From a virus: a stretch of 64,000 nucleotides of DNA. A program made the translations under genes and the position numbers. How positions within the stretch are numbered: the stretch's first letter is position 1; each line of letters begins with the position of its first letter. A model generated the notes under the pieces. The model had not been told where the DNA came from, searched no databases, and worked only from the letters and a program-made list of their open reading frames with translations. Below are positions 18,913 through 28,328 of this stretch, piece after piece. The stretch spans positions 78,882 to 142,881 of IMG/VR virus record IMGVR_UViG_3300022752_000024. One strand, 5' to 3'.

Positions 18913-19181
18913 TCACGAGGCATTTTAGTTTTGTGTCCTGCTTTTACAGTATTACCAGGTACTCTTTCTTTAATTCTACCAATAACTTCTCTTTCAAACC
19001 GTGCATCGGGTTGTCCTATACCAGGAACAGACATACGCATACCATCACCTAATATAGGTGCTTCGTCTATGTATCTTTCTAAATGGGAATTATTGGACTT
19101 AAAATCATCATACTGAGAGATTCTCATTGTATGTTCTTCAAGTGTATTCGTTTCTTTATTTAAGAATGCGTAAGTTGGCAT
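18906..19181 (-). CDS. FmdB-like conserved hypothetical protein
   Basis: MPTYAFLNKET N-terminus, commonly found upstream of phoH in T4-like phages; no zinc-ribbon cysteines. Confidence 0.6.
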   Translation of the reverse strand: MPTYAFLNKETNTLEEHTMRISQYDDFKSNNSHLERYIDEAPILGDGMRMSVPGIGQPDARFEREVIGRIKERVPGNTVKAGHKTKMPREW

Positions 19182-19232
19182 ATAATCAAATCATTAGGTT
19201 TATTATTAATCATTACAGTATACTGTATTTAT

Positions 19233-19409
19233 CTAAACTTTAGGTGGCTTGCAACTTGCCTCTATTTTAAAGTTCTTAAACTTCAGCCAATATGTCATGG
19301 ATGATTTAGCACGTTCGCATGACTGCTGATCAGGAAATTCAAGTGTTACTTTCCCAGGCTGATCATTTGGGTCGTTTAGATGAACTGCTATCAATATCAT
19401 CAACCACAT
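19233..19409 (-). CDS. Small exported hypothetical protein
   Basis: MWLMILIAVHLNDPNDQPGKVTLEFPDQQSCERAK..ASCKPPKV; GGAG RBS; overlaps the end of the upstream gene. Confidence 0.6.
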   Translation of the reverse strand: MWLMILIAVHLNDPNDQPGKVTLEFPDQQSCERAKSSMTYWLKFKNFKIEASCKPPKV

Positions 19410-20169
19410 CGTTGTTCTCCTCTTGTGTCCAAGTTATTATCTCCCATCGACCATCATGATGTTCAACTAACGCAGTACAAGATTCAACCCAATCACCATC
19501 ATTCATGTATGTTACACTATCAATTTCTTTTATTTCTGCTTTATGTATGTGACCACATATCACACCATCATATCCTTTTTTCTTACAGTATCCAGCAAGA
19601 TTCTTTTCAAACTGAAACATAAAGTCTACTGCTTTTTTAACTTTTTGTTTTAGAAATAGAGATAAACTCCAATAACCAAAACCAAACTTATGACGAAACC
19701 AATTGAATTGAGAATTTAGAGCAAGGACAAAATCGTATGCTTTGTCTCCTAACATCGATAGCCATGGTGCTAGTCTTGTGATACCATCAAACAAGTCACC
19801 GTGAGTAACTAGATAATGTTTACCATCTACGCCAACATGCTCACATTGATTTGCAATCTCTAACATACCAAATCCTAGACCATAGTGCAGATATGGTCTA
19901 AGAAACTCATCATGATTTCCTAAAATATAAACAACTTTAGTGCCACGTTTAGCATGACCAAGAATTCTACGAACCACATTTGTATGTGATTGCTTCCATT
20001 TCCATTTATTTTGTTTTATTTTCCATGCATCGATTATGTCACCAACAAGGTATAGTGTTTCACAGGTGTTATGCTTGAGGAAATTATTGAGTAGTTCAGC
20101 CTTGCAGTCTTTAGTGCCAAGGTGAACATCTGAAATAAAAATGCTTCGGTATGTTTTATCCGTTTTCAT
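19363..20169 (-). CDS. LpxH-like metallophosphoesterase (UDP-2,3-diacylglucosamine hydrolase family)
   Basis: FISDVHLG, LVGDIID, GNHD, HGD, CGHIH, NDGDWVESCTALVE. Confidence 0.88.
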   Translation of the reverse strand: MKTDKTYRSIFISDVHLGTKDCKAELLNNFLKHNTCETLYLVGDIIDAWKIKQNKWKWKQSHTNVVRRILGHAKRGTKVVYILGNHDEFLRPYLHYGLGFGMLEIANQCEHVGVDGKHYLVTHGDLFDGITRLAPWLSMLGDKAYDFVLALNSQFNWFRHKFGFGYWSLSLFLKQKVKKAVDFMFQFEKNLAGYCKKKGYDGVICGHIHKAEIKEIDSVTYMNDGDWVESCTALVEHHDGRWEIITWTQEENNDVVDDIDSSSSKRPK

Positions 20170-20714
20170 AGTTGAATATTTGCTGAGTACCATAGTGGTA
20201 CCGCACGTTTTTTCCAGTTTGCTAAGTGTGTTTTATTTTTAGTGTAATAGTTTCTGTATGATGCAATAGAATCACCAGTAACTTTTACGTCATCAGGCAT
20301 TGCTGGTGTCGGTTCAGTAAAAGGCTTTTGTGGTATATTATTAGGTAATCTAGCAAGATGCATTTCTAATTTTGAACATGCATGAACTTTACCGTAACGG
20401 TATGTATATTCATTCATCAATGCTTGAAACAAACTGAATAACCAATCGTAGTTCTTATCAGACTGTCTTACCCAAACCGCGGAAGGGTGATTAACGTGTG
20501 TAGCAGAATAAAGAACATCATCCCGGGAATCCATAAGTCGGTATACAGTTTTCTTGCGGCCAGATGCACTAACACCAGCAGTAAGAACACCGTCAAGAAT
20601 ACGGTGAGCAGTAGAAAGTAATTGAGCATATTCAAGGATCATTTTTATGGTATGTTTATCGTTATGCATTTCTGCACAAAGTTCGGGATCGTTGTGTAGA
20701 TAGAAAATATTCAT
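20166..20714 (-). CDS. Pyrimidine-dimer DNA glycosylase-like protein
   Basis: MNIFYL..DKH..KMILEYAQLLSTAH, THVNHPSAVWVR, EYTYRYGKVH, PAMPD, YRNYY. Confidence 0.75.
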   Translation of the reverse strand: MNIFYLHNDPELCAEMHNDKHTIKMILEYAQLLSTAHRILDGVLTAGVSASGRKKTVYRLMDSRDDVLYSATHVNHPSAVWVRQSDKNYDWLFSLFQALMNEYTYRYGKVHACSKLEMHLARLPNNIPQKPFTEPTPAMPDDVKVTGDSIASYRNYYTKNKTHLANWKKRAVPLWYSANIQL

Positions 20715-20718
20715 ATAG

Positions 20719-20868
20719 TCACCAATGATGTATAATACCAACAATAATAAAAAGGTTTGTCACAACATATATTAACACAATACCGGCACGAATGCAAGCG
20801 ATTTTGTTAGCTTCGCTGTCATTTGTACCAGATTTTTCACCTAATGCTTTTGCAATAAGTCGCCACAT
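20719..20868 (-). CDS. Small membrane protein
   Basis: MWRLIAKALGEKSGTNDSEANKIACIRAGIVLIYVVTNLFIIVGIIHHW; GGAG RBS. Confidence 0.7.
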   Translation of the reverse strand: MWRLIAKALGEKSGTNDSEANKIACIRAGIVLIYVVTNLFIIVGIIHHW

Positions 20869-20910
20869 TGTAGTTTAAAAATCTCCACTTTTCTGCTTAA
20901 AATTTGCCAA

Positions 20911-22221
20911 TCAGTATTCCCAGCCTTTGCAATATCCAAATCGCTGCAATTTACCTAAAGCTTTCTCGCACCTCTCACCTATATCTGTTCTGTATTGTGG
21001 ATCATTACCGAGTCTAATTTTCTTTACCTGCTCATACGCCTTATCTTTAGCTTCGGTAATGCTATCTCCTGTACCTGTGCAAACAAGAATGTATGACCCT
21101 GCTGTACCCCACTCAGGCACATTCTCAACAAGATTACCTTCAATCATTTTAACGGTGCTACTAAGTTTTACCTCGCATGGATGAATGTGGTCGATATCTG
21201 TATCCTCAGTAAGAATTGGAAAATCCAAATAGTCTTCCTCATCTCTTTGATTGAATGGAAAGTCTGCATTTGCCATAACTACACCTACACAGGTTTTTTC
21301 TTCTACCTCTAGAGTATTTTTACCTTGTACACAATCTAACATCCATTGTGCAGGATCACCTTTGTGGAGTGGTTGTTGAATATTCCACATAGGATATCCT
21401 GGTCTGGCAGTCCATTCCATTGGCCATGGCGTGCCATCTTTTTCGTCAATAATACAATTCATATCCAACATACCAACGTATCCAATAGAATGTAAAGTCT
21501 TTTGCATAGGTTTCATTAGTACATCGGCTAATTTTGATTTGCTTGTGTAGCGAATAACTGTTCCCATCTCTCCAGTATTCACACCTAGGTCACCATTCAT
21601 TTGTTTTTTAAATTCAAAACCTTCAGCAAAATATGGTTGCCAACCACCAGGACCAAAGATACCTGTTACGGCAACTTCAATACCTTTTTTGAATTCTTGC
21701 AGAATGAATGGGGAAGAAGGTTTACCTTTTTCTTTGCGTTTGCTTAGAAACCCGATGAGGTCGGCTTCGTCTTTTGCGACATATGACAAAGTTTTATCTT
21801 CTTCTTCGCCACAAGGTTTACAGACATATCGTTTTGGATTTTCTTTGATGAAAGATATGGCAGCATCGTAATTTTTGAATTCGAATGAAGGAATGATTTT
21901 ACCGCCAAATTGTTTGACTACATTTTGACCATACATTCGATCAAGTTCGAGTTTTGCTGCTCTTTTTCCTGGTCCGAATATTGGATAACCTGCTTTGATA
22001 TATTTGTCTATCTCATCCATATATTCTAGATTATCTGCCAAGAATATAAGATCAGCAATACCCATATATTTGCGCCAATTGTCTACTTTATCGACTAGGC
22101 CTTCACCTATATGAGCCGCTCTTGAACCTTTAGTATAGAGTTTGACTGTGTGTCCGGCTGCTACACAACGCAGACACCAGTCTAATGTTAACCCGCTTGG
22201 GTCAATTACAAGGATGAGCAT
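20911..22221 (-). CDS. PurD-like ATP-grasp ligase (divergent)
   Basis: IFGPGKRAAKLELDR, YVCKP, ILQEF..GIE, GDLGVNTGEMG, EWTARPGYP, terminal YRTDIG. Confidence 0.75.
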   Translation of the reverse strand: MLILVIDPSGLTLDWCLRCVAAGHTVKLYTKGSRAAHIGEGLVDKVDNWRKYMGIADLIFLADNLEYMDEIDKYIKAGYPIFGPGKRAAKLELDRMYGQNVVKQFGGKIIPSFEFKNYDAAISFIKENPKRYVCKPCGEEEDKTLSYVAKDEADLIGFLSKRKEKGKPSSPFILQEFKKGIEVAVTGIFGPGGWQPYFAEGFEFKKQMNGDLGVNTGEMGTVIRYTSKSKLADVLMKPMQKTLHSIGYVGMLDMNCIIDEKDGTPWPMEWTARPGYPMWNIQQPLHKGDPAQWMLDCVQGKNTLEVEEKTCVGVVMANADFPFNQRDEEDYLDFPILTEDTDIDHIHPCEVKLSSTVKMIEGNLVENVPEWGTAGSYILVCTGTGDSITEAKDKAYEQVKKIRLGNDPQYRTDIGERCEKALGKLQRFGYCKGWEY

Positions 22222-22254
22222 TTTATATCCTAAGGTTAGTTTAAACTATCCTTA

Positions 22255-22566
22255 TTATTTATTACTTCCACTATCATTATATTTTGCCGACTCAACCTTG
22301 TTTGACCAAAATTCTTTTTCGGCTTCAAAGAAATCTAGATCACCTTTAGTCTGCTGAGGTCCCAGTGGTCGTTGCTTCTGCAATAATACATCAGGATATG
22401 TTACCTGAATATCTGCAAATTTGTAACCTACACCTCGAAGAAACTTTTCAAAATGCACCATTACTTCATCTAGATTACAGGCAGAAAAACTTGTTGAGGT
22501 CGAACAATCGACTTCTTCCAAATCTTCAGTATGTGAAGAAAAATTAAAACGAATCAATTCATTCAT
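22255..22566 (-). CDS. Hypothetical protein
   Basis: Co-oriented coupled ORF; LDEVMVHFEKFLRGVGY motif common in T4-like small proteins. Confidence 0.65.
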   Translation of the reverse strand: MNELIRFNFSSHTEDLEEVDCSTSTSFSACNLDEVMVHFEKFLRGVGYKFADIQVTYPDVLLQKQRPLGPQQTKGDLDFFEAEKEFWSNKVESAKYNDSGSNK

Positions 22567-22829
22567 AGCTTAGGAATCTCCACTTTATCAGATTTTTTAG
22601 GAAAACGTTTTGCAATATCATCAGCACTAACAGTCTGCAATGCAAATTGTTTAAACTGTTCGTAAGAGTCCTTTACGTTATAAGCACTTTTACCGTTAAC
22701 AGCGGCAGTATCTGCAAAGAATAATACACAACCACCAGCAGCCAGAGGAGCAATCTCAATAACACTATCAAGATTAATGATGGTTTTACAATCTTTTTCT
22801 ACTGAATCAACTTCAACAAAAATGGCCAT
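22563..22829 (-). CDS. Hypothetical protein
   Basis: Co-oriented coupled ORF with GGAGG RBS. Confidence 0.7.
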   Translation of the reverse strand: MAIFVEVDSVEKDCKTIINLDSVIEIAPLAAGGCVLFFADTAAVNGKSAYNVKDSYEQFKQFALQTVSADDIAKRFPKKSDKVEIPKL

Positions 22830-22998
22830 TATGCCTCCAAGTCAGGTTTAGAATTATTTTTGATTTTAGCATTTTTTGATCTTAATTCAGCAAGTTCTGC
22901 TTCAATCATAAATTGTTTAGTTTCATGTAGTCGTTCTGGTGCGGTGACCATCAGCAACCGTTTTGTTTCTTTACTCATTTTATATCCAGATGCAAGCT

Positions 22999-23250
22999 TC
23001 ATTTTTTATCACAGTCCTTTGTACGAATTAAATAATTAGTATGTTCATTATAAGGTCTTACAAAAAAACATTCTCCACTTACTGACCATAGCAAATGATT
23101 TTGGATTCCTTGAGACGGAATCAGTTCAGGAGGGTTCTTCAGTTCTTCATATTTTGTTCTTGCTGCAAGAAAAAATACAATACTAAACAACACTATGACC
23201 GTGTTTGTTCCAATAGCGTATGCGTTTTTACGAATAAACTCAATCATCAA
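22999..23250 (-). CDS. Hypothetical membrane protein
   Basis: N-terminal hydrophobic helix. Confidence 0.6.
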   Translation of the reverse strand: MMIEFIRKNAYAIGTNTVIVLFSIVFFLAARTKYEELKNPPELIPSQGIQNHLLWSVSGECFFVRPYNEHTNYLIRTKDCDKK

Positions 23251-23507
23251 ATTACTCCAAAGTCATGAAGTAGTACATATAGAGACAACAATAATAACAT
23301 AATTGATGTTAATTGTATAGAGGTAAGTAATAAGTCTACCATTTGCTCTTTATAATATTCCAATTCATGTTGGGTCATTTCACGTTGAGCCAATAGCATA
23401 GGTGGACACTCCGTTTCTCCGCCCATCATATGAACTGTTTTATTTTGTTCTTCTAATCTACGCTTAGTAGATAACCAATGCACAATACTAATCATTTTAT
23501 CTCCCAA
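23247..23507 (-). CDS. Hypothetical membrane protein
   Basis: C-terminal hydrophobic helix. Confidence 0.55.
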   Translation of the reverse strand: MGDKMISIVHWLSTKRRLEEQNKTVHMMGGETECPPMLLAQREMTQHELEYYKEQMVDLLLTSIQLTSIMLLLLSLYVLLHDFGVI

Positions 23508-24155
23508 TTAATCCCACAGGCTTCTGTAGTAGCGACCAAAAAGTCTAAATCCATTCTGCATACGTTCTTCTACCTTTCGAATACCTTCATAGTCACATTT
23601 ATAGGTATGGTTAGGTCCTTCTTGAAATTCATATAGCATCGGATCACCATTGTCATCCCATTCAACTGGTACACTTTTCATGTCATTTACACCAGAACTA
23701 AATGCTGCTTCCCAAGTATCATCTACGGTATTCTCAAAAGCAAAAATCATTTCACCCATCACCCAATCCCAACGTTTGAAATGGTTATCGTCAACATCCC
23801 ATTCATTTTCTGTTGGTGGTGCCGATGACTTTTTTAATTCTTCGGGTACGTCATCATCATCAACACCAGGAGCACCATGCTTATTGGCATTTAATTGTTT
23901 TAACATAGGCAGAATAATACCAGCCAATGTATGATCCATCGACCATGTATCCCAACGATCAATCTTCACATAATTAATTTGCGGATGCACGAAGTCTAAA
24001 AATTTCTGTCGTGCTATGGAAAATGGACTTAATATCTTTGCGAGTTTTTCAATAATTGGTTCATCGTAATTGATCTCACGCCAAAAGAAAACTTTCTCAA
24101 GAATATCATAAGGAGAAAGCCAATGATGTCGATAGTTGGAAATATATACTTTCAT
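23508..24155 (-). CDS. Conserved hypothetical phage protein
   Basis: IDRWDTWSMDHTLAGIILPMLKQL..HGAP..RWDWVMGEMIFAF..GFRLFGRYYRSLWD, a widespread phage family. Confidence 0.85.
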   Translation of the reverse strand: MKVYISNYRHHWLSPYDILEKVFFWREINYDEPIIEKLAKILSPFSIARQKFLDFVHPQINYVKIDRWDTWSMDHTLAGIILPMLKQLNANKHGAPGVDDDDVPEELKKSSAPPTENEWDVDDNHFKRWDWVMGEMIFAFENTVDDTWEAAFSSGVNDMKSVPVEWDDNGDPMLYEFQEGPNHTYKCDYEGIRKVEERMQNGFRLFGRYYRSLWD

Positions 24156-24157
24156 GA

Positions 24158-24370
24158 TTATTTCTCATTCACAATATTAGAAATTTGTTGAGCAGGAATA
24201 CCAATATCATATGCCATGCAATGGTATGATAATAGTTGAATAATCCTAGCAGCCTTATTTATGAGTATACCACGCTCATGCTCACCGAATTGATTTTGTA
24301 TAGCGGCATACTCATTTAATTTTTCAATGAATTTATCAACAGCCAAAGAGTCTTTAATTATTTCACTCAT
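24158..24370 (-). CDS. Hypothetical protein
   Basis: Coupled ORF. Confidence 0.55.
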   Translation of the reverse strand: MSEIIKDSLAVDKFIEKLNEYAAIQNQFGEHERGILINKAARIIQLLSYHCMAYDIGIPAQQISNIVNEK

Positions 24371-25185
24371 TAGACCTCCACATATTTAAGTTTAAAGCTA
24401 TCAGCACGATCCTCATACCCATCGTAGCCTCTAGGATTGCAAACTACTCTAGTTGTGCCGATCATATAATCAAATTCTTCATGAGTATGGCCATGCGTCC
24501 ACAGTTTAATATTTCTGTTATCTAATATAAATTCTACTAGGTCACTACTATACGCACCATTAATATGTGTTTCGTGCTTATATTTAGGATGGGTACTCTC
24601 TTTACATGGTGCGTGATGACCAACTACCACAAATTTAGCATCAGGATTTAATACTAGACAAGTTTTTAGTTTATTTAAAAACGTATTATGATCCTCAACA
24701 GCATCCATTGGAAGAAAACGACAGCCTTCACCAACTTTTTTATTGGTGATGACTCTAAAATCACTCATATAGTTTTGGATTTTATTGATTGAGATAGGAT
24801 CACTTTTGTTCATATCTGTCCACAATGTACCACCAAAGAATATAACATCATTAACACGGACGCTCTGCTTATCTAAAATAAGAAAATTATCAAACTTCAG
24901 GTGTTTATATAGAGTATCAAAAGTTTCACTAAAGTCACCATGATAGTGTTCGTGATTACCTGCAACAAATAGAACCATCTTGAATTCTTTACAGCAATTG
25001 GCGATGAATTCGTAATATTCTTTTGCAACCTTTTGGCGAATACTAAATTCATTATTGAGGTCTGTTAGGTCTTCGGCTACTAAAATATCACCACCAAGAA
25101 TGAGAACGTCCGCATTCTCGGTATTCTTGATTACAAGAGAACCAAATTCTAAATGTAAGTCAGAACAAACAGCAATTTTCATCAC
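24370..25185 (-). CDS. Calcineurin-like metallophosphoesterase
   Basis: SDLHLE, GD, GNHE, GGTLWT, HHAP, HGHTH, CNPRGY. Confidence 0.9.
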   Translation of the reverse strand: MMKIAVCSDLHLEFGSLVIKNTENADVLILGGDILVAEDLTDLNNEFSIRQKVAKEYYEFIANCCKEFKMVLFVAGNHEHYHGDFSETFDTLYKHLKFDNFLILDKQSVRVNDVIFFGGTLWTDMNKSDPISINKIQNYMSDFRVITNKKVGEGCRFLPMDAVEDHNTFLNKLKTCLVLNPDAKFVVVGHHAPCKESTHPKYKHETHINGAYSSDLVEFILDNRNIKLWTHGHTHEEFDYMIGTTRVVCNPRGYDGYEDRADSFKLKYVEV

Positions 25186-25424
25186 AGGTACCTATAGAGT
25201 TCAAAACGTGCATCACGGAGAGAAGTAAATTTTTTATCTTTTATATAGATTGTTTTAGATGACATAACACGGCATTCACCAATTTTAGTGTCAAAGGTAT
25301 AGTATGTAGTCTTACCATTAACCACTTTTGTTTTGCAATGGTAATCATTTACTAGACCAGCAAACATTAGCAATTCGCGGAATTCATCGGATACAATTTT
25401 ACGAAGGTATGCATTATTTACCAC
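25182..25424 (-). CDS. Hypothetical protein
   Basis: Coupled ORF. Confidence 0.6.
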   Translation of the reverse strand: MVNNAYLRKIVSDEFRELLMFAGLVNDYHCKTKVVNGKTTYYTFDTKIGECRVMSSKTIYIKDKKFTSLRDARFELYRYL

Positions 25425-25596
25425 TATAGTTCTCCAGTTTAATGCAACGATAATTTTTTTCAGGCAGATTTAATTCTTTAGCAGCAGCCTTGCACATTTC
25501 TTGACCACGAAAGGATGCTAGTGGTCGCCAATCATAGTATGTACGATAATGATCCGCTGAAACTACTGTCCATAGAATTAGTGCATAGACTGCCAT
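25414..25596 (-). CDS. Small exported hypothetical protein
   Basis: Hydrophobic N-terminus; F..C..AA..C pattern. Confidence 0.6.
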   Translation of the reverse strand: MAVYALILWTVVSADHYRTYYDWRPLASFRGQEMCKAAAKELNLPEKNYRCIKLENYSGK

Positions 25597-25802
25597 TATT
25601 TTTTTCCTTTTGGTTTAGGAAACTTGCTACACCACAGACACTTGATTGATGGTGTATCTTTGAAGTAAAGATTCATGTCAAAGTATTCCTTACTGCATGA
25701 TACACAGGTAAACTTCTTCATTTCAATATCTTCAGGTTCAGCAACCTTTTTTGTTCTAGGTGTCTTTGGTTTTTCTTCTTCCATAAAATCTAATATGCTC
25801 AT
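25596..25802 (-). CDS. Small zinc-finger-like protein
   Basis: CVSC...CLWC. Confidence 0.6.
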   Translation of the reverse strand: MSILDFMEEEKPKTPRTKKVAEPEDIEMKKFTCVSCSKEYFDMNLYFKDTPSIKCLWCSKFPKPKGKK

Positions 25803-25984
25803 CTTTGTAAATGATCCATTATATAATTTTGGACTGTTTCAACATCTACTTTGTACACCTCTGCTGGTGTTTTCATATCAAAGGCACGATTGGGAGAATC
25901 CCACCACATATCAACAAGCTGCATATCACCAAGTAAGGCAAATAACAGCTTGTTGATTCTAGGAGAAAAATTGTTTTTCATCAA
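25799..25984 (-). CDS. Hypothetical protein (possible MbcA/Xre antitoxin C-terminal-like)
   Basis: LLGD..WWDSPNRAFDMKTP..V..Y pattern. Confidence 0.5.
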   Translation of the reverse strand: MMKNNFSPRINKLLFALLGDMQLVDMWWDSPNRAFDMKTPAEVYKVDVETVQNYIMDHLQR

Positions 25985-26319
25985 ACAGCGGTAACTTCTT
26001 CTTTTATTTCAAGAGATTTAGTTGGTTGTGTACTGCCAACATAACAACCGTTGCTGTCAAAATCTTTGAAGTTTACAAGTTGGTATGCGGTCACTTTACG
26101 ACCATCTTTGACTACCTTTACAACACCATTATCATACTTGCGAATGTCATAGATGAAGGTAGAAAGGCGATACATCAAGGCAGTCATCTTTGCATCGGCT
26201 GCAAATGACGCTTTAATATCTTCCACGTTTACTACTTTGCCACTCAAAAGAATTTGAGCAATTTTATTGTGAGGACGAATTTTAGGTGTGTTAGTTTTTG
26301 CCATAGTATAATATTCCAA
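25981..26319 (-). CDS. Hypothetical protein (possible winged-helix)
   Basis: YRLSTFIYDIRK..KDGRKVTAYQL; own sigma70 promoter. Confidence 0.65.
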   Translation of the reverse strand: MEYYTMAKTNTPKIRPHNKIAQILLSGKVVNVEDIKASFAADAKMTALMYRLSTFIYDIRKYDNGVVKVVKDGRKVTAYQLVNFKDFDSNGCYVGSTQPTKSLEIKEEVTAV

Positions 26320-26337
26320 TCAGGTTAATAGAACTAT

Positions 26338-26366
26338 ATTGTAACATATTCTGGATGATATGTCAA
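26338..26366 (-). promoter_or_regulatory. Sigma70-type promoter
   Basis: TTGACA-17-TACAAT. Confidence 0.7.
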
Positions 26367-26369
26367 GAG

Positions 26370-27536
26370 TTAAAATGGAATTTCGCCAGTTGGTGGTGCT
26401 ACTGGTGCTACTGGTACCACTTCAGGCTCATTCGCTTTTATATCAATCTTAGTGTATAAATCTAAGAATGACGTTTTGGTTTCTGCATCAAAGCGGGCAA
26501 CACATAGTTCAATCGCTTTCATACGATCACCAAAAATCTTATATGCTTTCGCAATATGGACAAGACGGCGAGTAGAGATAATTTCATCTACGGCATTCTC
26601 ATCAAATGATTTACGAATAACATCTGCCCACTGGACGAGCAGTTCAACGAATTCTTTATCTTCAATAAGAGGAGTAAGAATTTTCTTTTCTGTTTTTGTA
26701 TCGGGAAATTCTTGTTCTACTGTAATTGGAAATCTTTCTAAAAAAGCAGAATCTAGAATTTGAGCCAAATATTTTCCTTCGTCACTTCCTTGACCTTTGG
26801 TATTTGCAGTAGCAATCACATTGAAGCCAGGTGCAGGATACACCATCTCGCCATTCTTCTTATTAAAGTATGGCTTACCTTCTAGAATACCTTGCAAACA
26901 CATTAGCTTGTTAGAGCCACGGTCTACCTCATCAATCAGTAAAATCGCACCTCGCTTCATTGCAAGAATAACAGGACCGTCACGGTTAACCACGTTACCA
27001 TCAACAAGTGTAGGACCGCCAAGTAAGTCGTTTTCATCGGTCTCAATAGAAATATTGACACGGATACATTCACGTTTTAGCGTGGCGCATACTTGCTCAA
27101 CCATCAAGGTCTTACCGTTACCTGATAGACCAGTAACGAACACAGGATAGAATTCTTTTGAAGAAATGATATTAGTCAAATCTTTGAAAAATCCAAACGG
27201 TACATAATCAGGATATTTCACAGGAACAGAAGGTTCCGACTCATCAATCAGTTTAGGTTGTTTGAAAGCCAAGACCTGTGCAGCCATTTCAACGGTCTCG
27301 GTTTCTCTTACCTCGATAGGTGCGGAAGTTTTTACTTGCGGTTTAGCAGAACCAGCTACCTCAGGTAATTGATATTGACCACGACCTGCACGATATTCCT
27401 TGCGTGATACAAACCAAAATGGATAAGGTACATCCTTTTCTGTTACCACACGGTCAACCTGGTCACGGTTTAGAATCGCACCTTCGCCATATAATTCAGC
27501 CGCGGCTTCTACAAAAGCAATAGCATTTTTATTCAT
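26370..27536 (-). CDS. MoxR/CobS-like AAA+ ATPase
   Basis: GLSGNGKT Walker A, LLIDEVD Walker B, ATANTKGQG, AFLERF, ISTRRLV; start set at MNKNAI after GAGG. Confidence 0.9.
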   Translation of the reverse strand: MNKNAIAFVEAAAELYGEGAILNRDQVDRVVTEKDVPYPFWFVSRKEYRAGRGQYQLPEVAGSAKPQVKTSAPIEVRETETVEMAAQVLAFKQPKLIDESEPSVPVKYPDYVPFGFFKDLTNIISSKEFYPVFVTGLSGNGKTLMVEQVCATLKRECIRVNISIETDENDLLGGPTLVDGNVVNRDGPVILAMKRGAILLIDEVDRGSNKLMCLQGILEGKPYFNKKNGEMVYPAPGFNVIATANTKGQGSDEGKYLAQILDSAFLERFPITVEQEFPDTKTEKKILTPLIEDKEFVELLVQWADVIRKSFDENAVDEIISTRRLVHIAKAYKIFGDRMKAIELCVARFDAETKTSFLDLYTKIDIKANEPEVVPVAPVAPPTGEIPF

Positions 27537-27546
27537 TGTTACCTCA

Positions 27547-27729
27547 TTAAAGATTTTCATTTTGTTTATACAAAGTATAAAATTCAGAATCATCCACGTA
27601 ATTCATTAATTTCATTATAGCAATTACCTCATCAACTGACATACCCATGATGGTCGCCACCTGTTCTGGTGTTTTACCGTCACCAAGCATTTCAACAATT
27701 GTAATACATTGTTCCTTCATTTTACCCAT
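27547..27729 (-). CDS. Small HTH-like protein
   Basis: GKTPEQVATIMGMSVDEV helix-turn-helix pattern. Confidence 0.55.
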   Translation of the reverse strand: MGKMKEQCITIVEMLGDGKTPEQVATIMGMSVDEVIAIMKLMNYVDDSEFYTLYKQNENL

Positions 27730-27848
27730 AATCTTATCCTATTAAAATCTTACCTAAAAAGTAGCCACACAACAAGAATCCAAGGATTATTATCAGACCA
27801 ACAAGCTCTGCTAGAAAAATTGTAATTATTTTAATAAATTTCATTTTA

Positions 27849-28079
27849 TTAATTTTCTAAAAACACTTGGGTTGTGGCTTTGCGAAGGATAGCCATGGTT
27901 TCATCATAATCCTTTTTTGAGAGTTTTTCAGCAAGGATTCCTGCTAAGGTTGTTTCATAGTATCCTGTGGCATACGCATATCCACCACGTTTTTGATACG
28001 TCACGGCAGAGAATCCACGCAGGACAGCATCAGCCTCGGCTCGGCGTTGCGATTTAACAACAAGATTTGTCTTTTTCAT
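27849..28079 (-). CDS. Early hypothetical protein
   Basis: Directly downstream of the promoter at 28109-28137; GGYAYATGYYE motif. Confidence 0.65.
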   Translation of the reverse strand: MKKTNLVVKSQRRAEADAVLRGFSAVTYQKRGGYAYATGYYETTLAGILAEKLSKKDYDETMAILRKATTQVFLEN

Positions 28080-28147
28080 AATCAGCCTTTCTCTATCAGT
28101 ATGGCTCTATTATGAGGCATTCCTGCCCAATTGTCAAGGGTTATTTT

Positions 28148-28165
28148 TGTTGCTTTTTTGCAACA
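28148..28165. promoter_or_regulatory. Palindromic operator-like site TGTTGY-N6-RCAACR
   Basis: TGTTGC-tttttt-GCAACA; related copies at 35266-35283, 39462-39479 and 41216-41233, each just upstream of a TTGACA. Confidence 0.65.
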
Positions 28166-28268
28166 TATCTGCCGGAGCCTTGAAAACCTAGCATCCACGC
28201 GGGACGTATACAGGCTAGGAAGGGTTGTAGGAGGTTTTCTGGTAGTGGTCCACATGGAGATATTAGCC

Positions 28269-28297
28269 AAAAAAAGAGCCTCTTATACGGAGGCTCT
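28269..28297 (-). terminator. Intrinsic terminator
   Basis: AGAGCCTC-cgtataa-GAGGCTCT followed by a T-run on the minus strand. Confidence 0.8.
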
Positions 28298-28328
28298 GGA
28301 AATTATCATTTTGACAATTATTGGATGG

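Noticed and set aside
26370-27536. cobS as a cobalamin-biosynthesis auxiliary gene
   Set aside because: No other cob genes; better explained as a MoxR-type chaperone with a VWA partner
28082-28270. 62 aa minus-strand ORF
   Set aside because: Runs through the operator palindrome and promoter and begins at the terminator's T-run; probably non-coding
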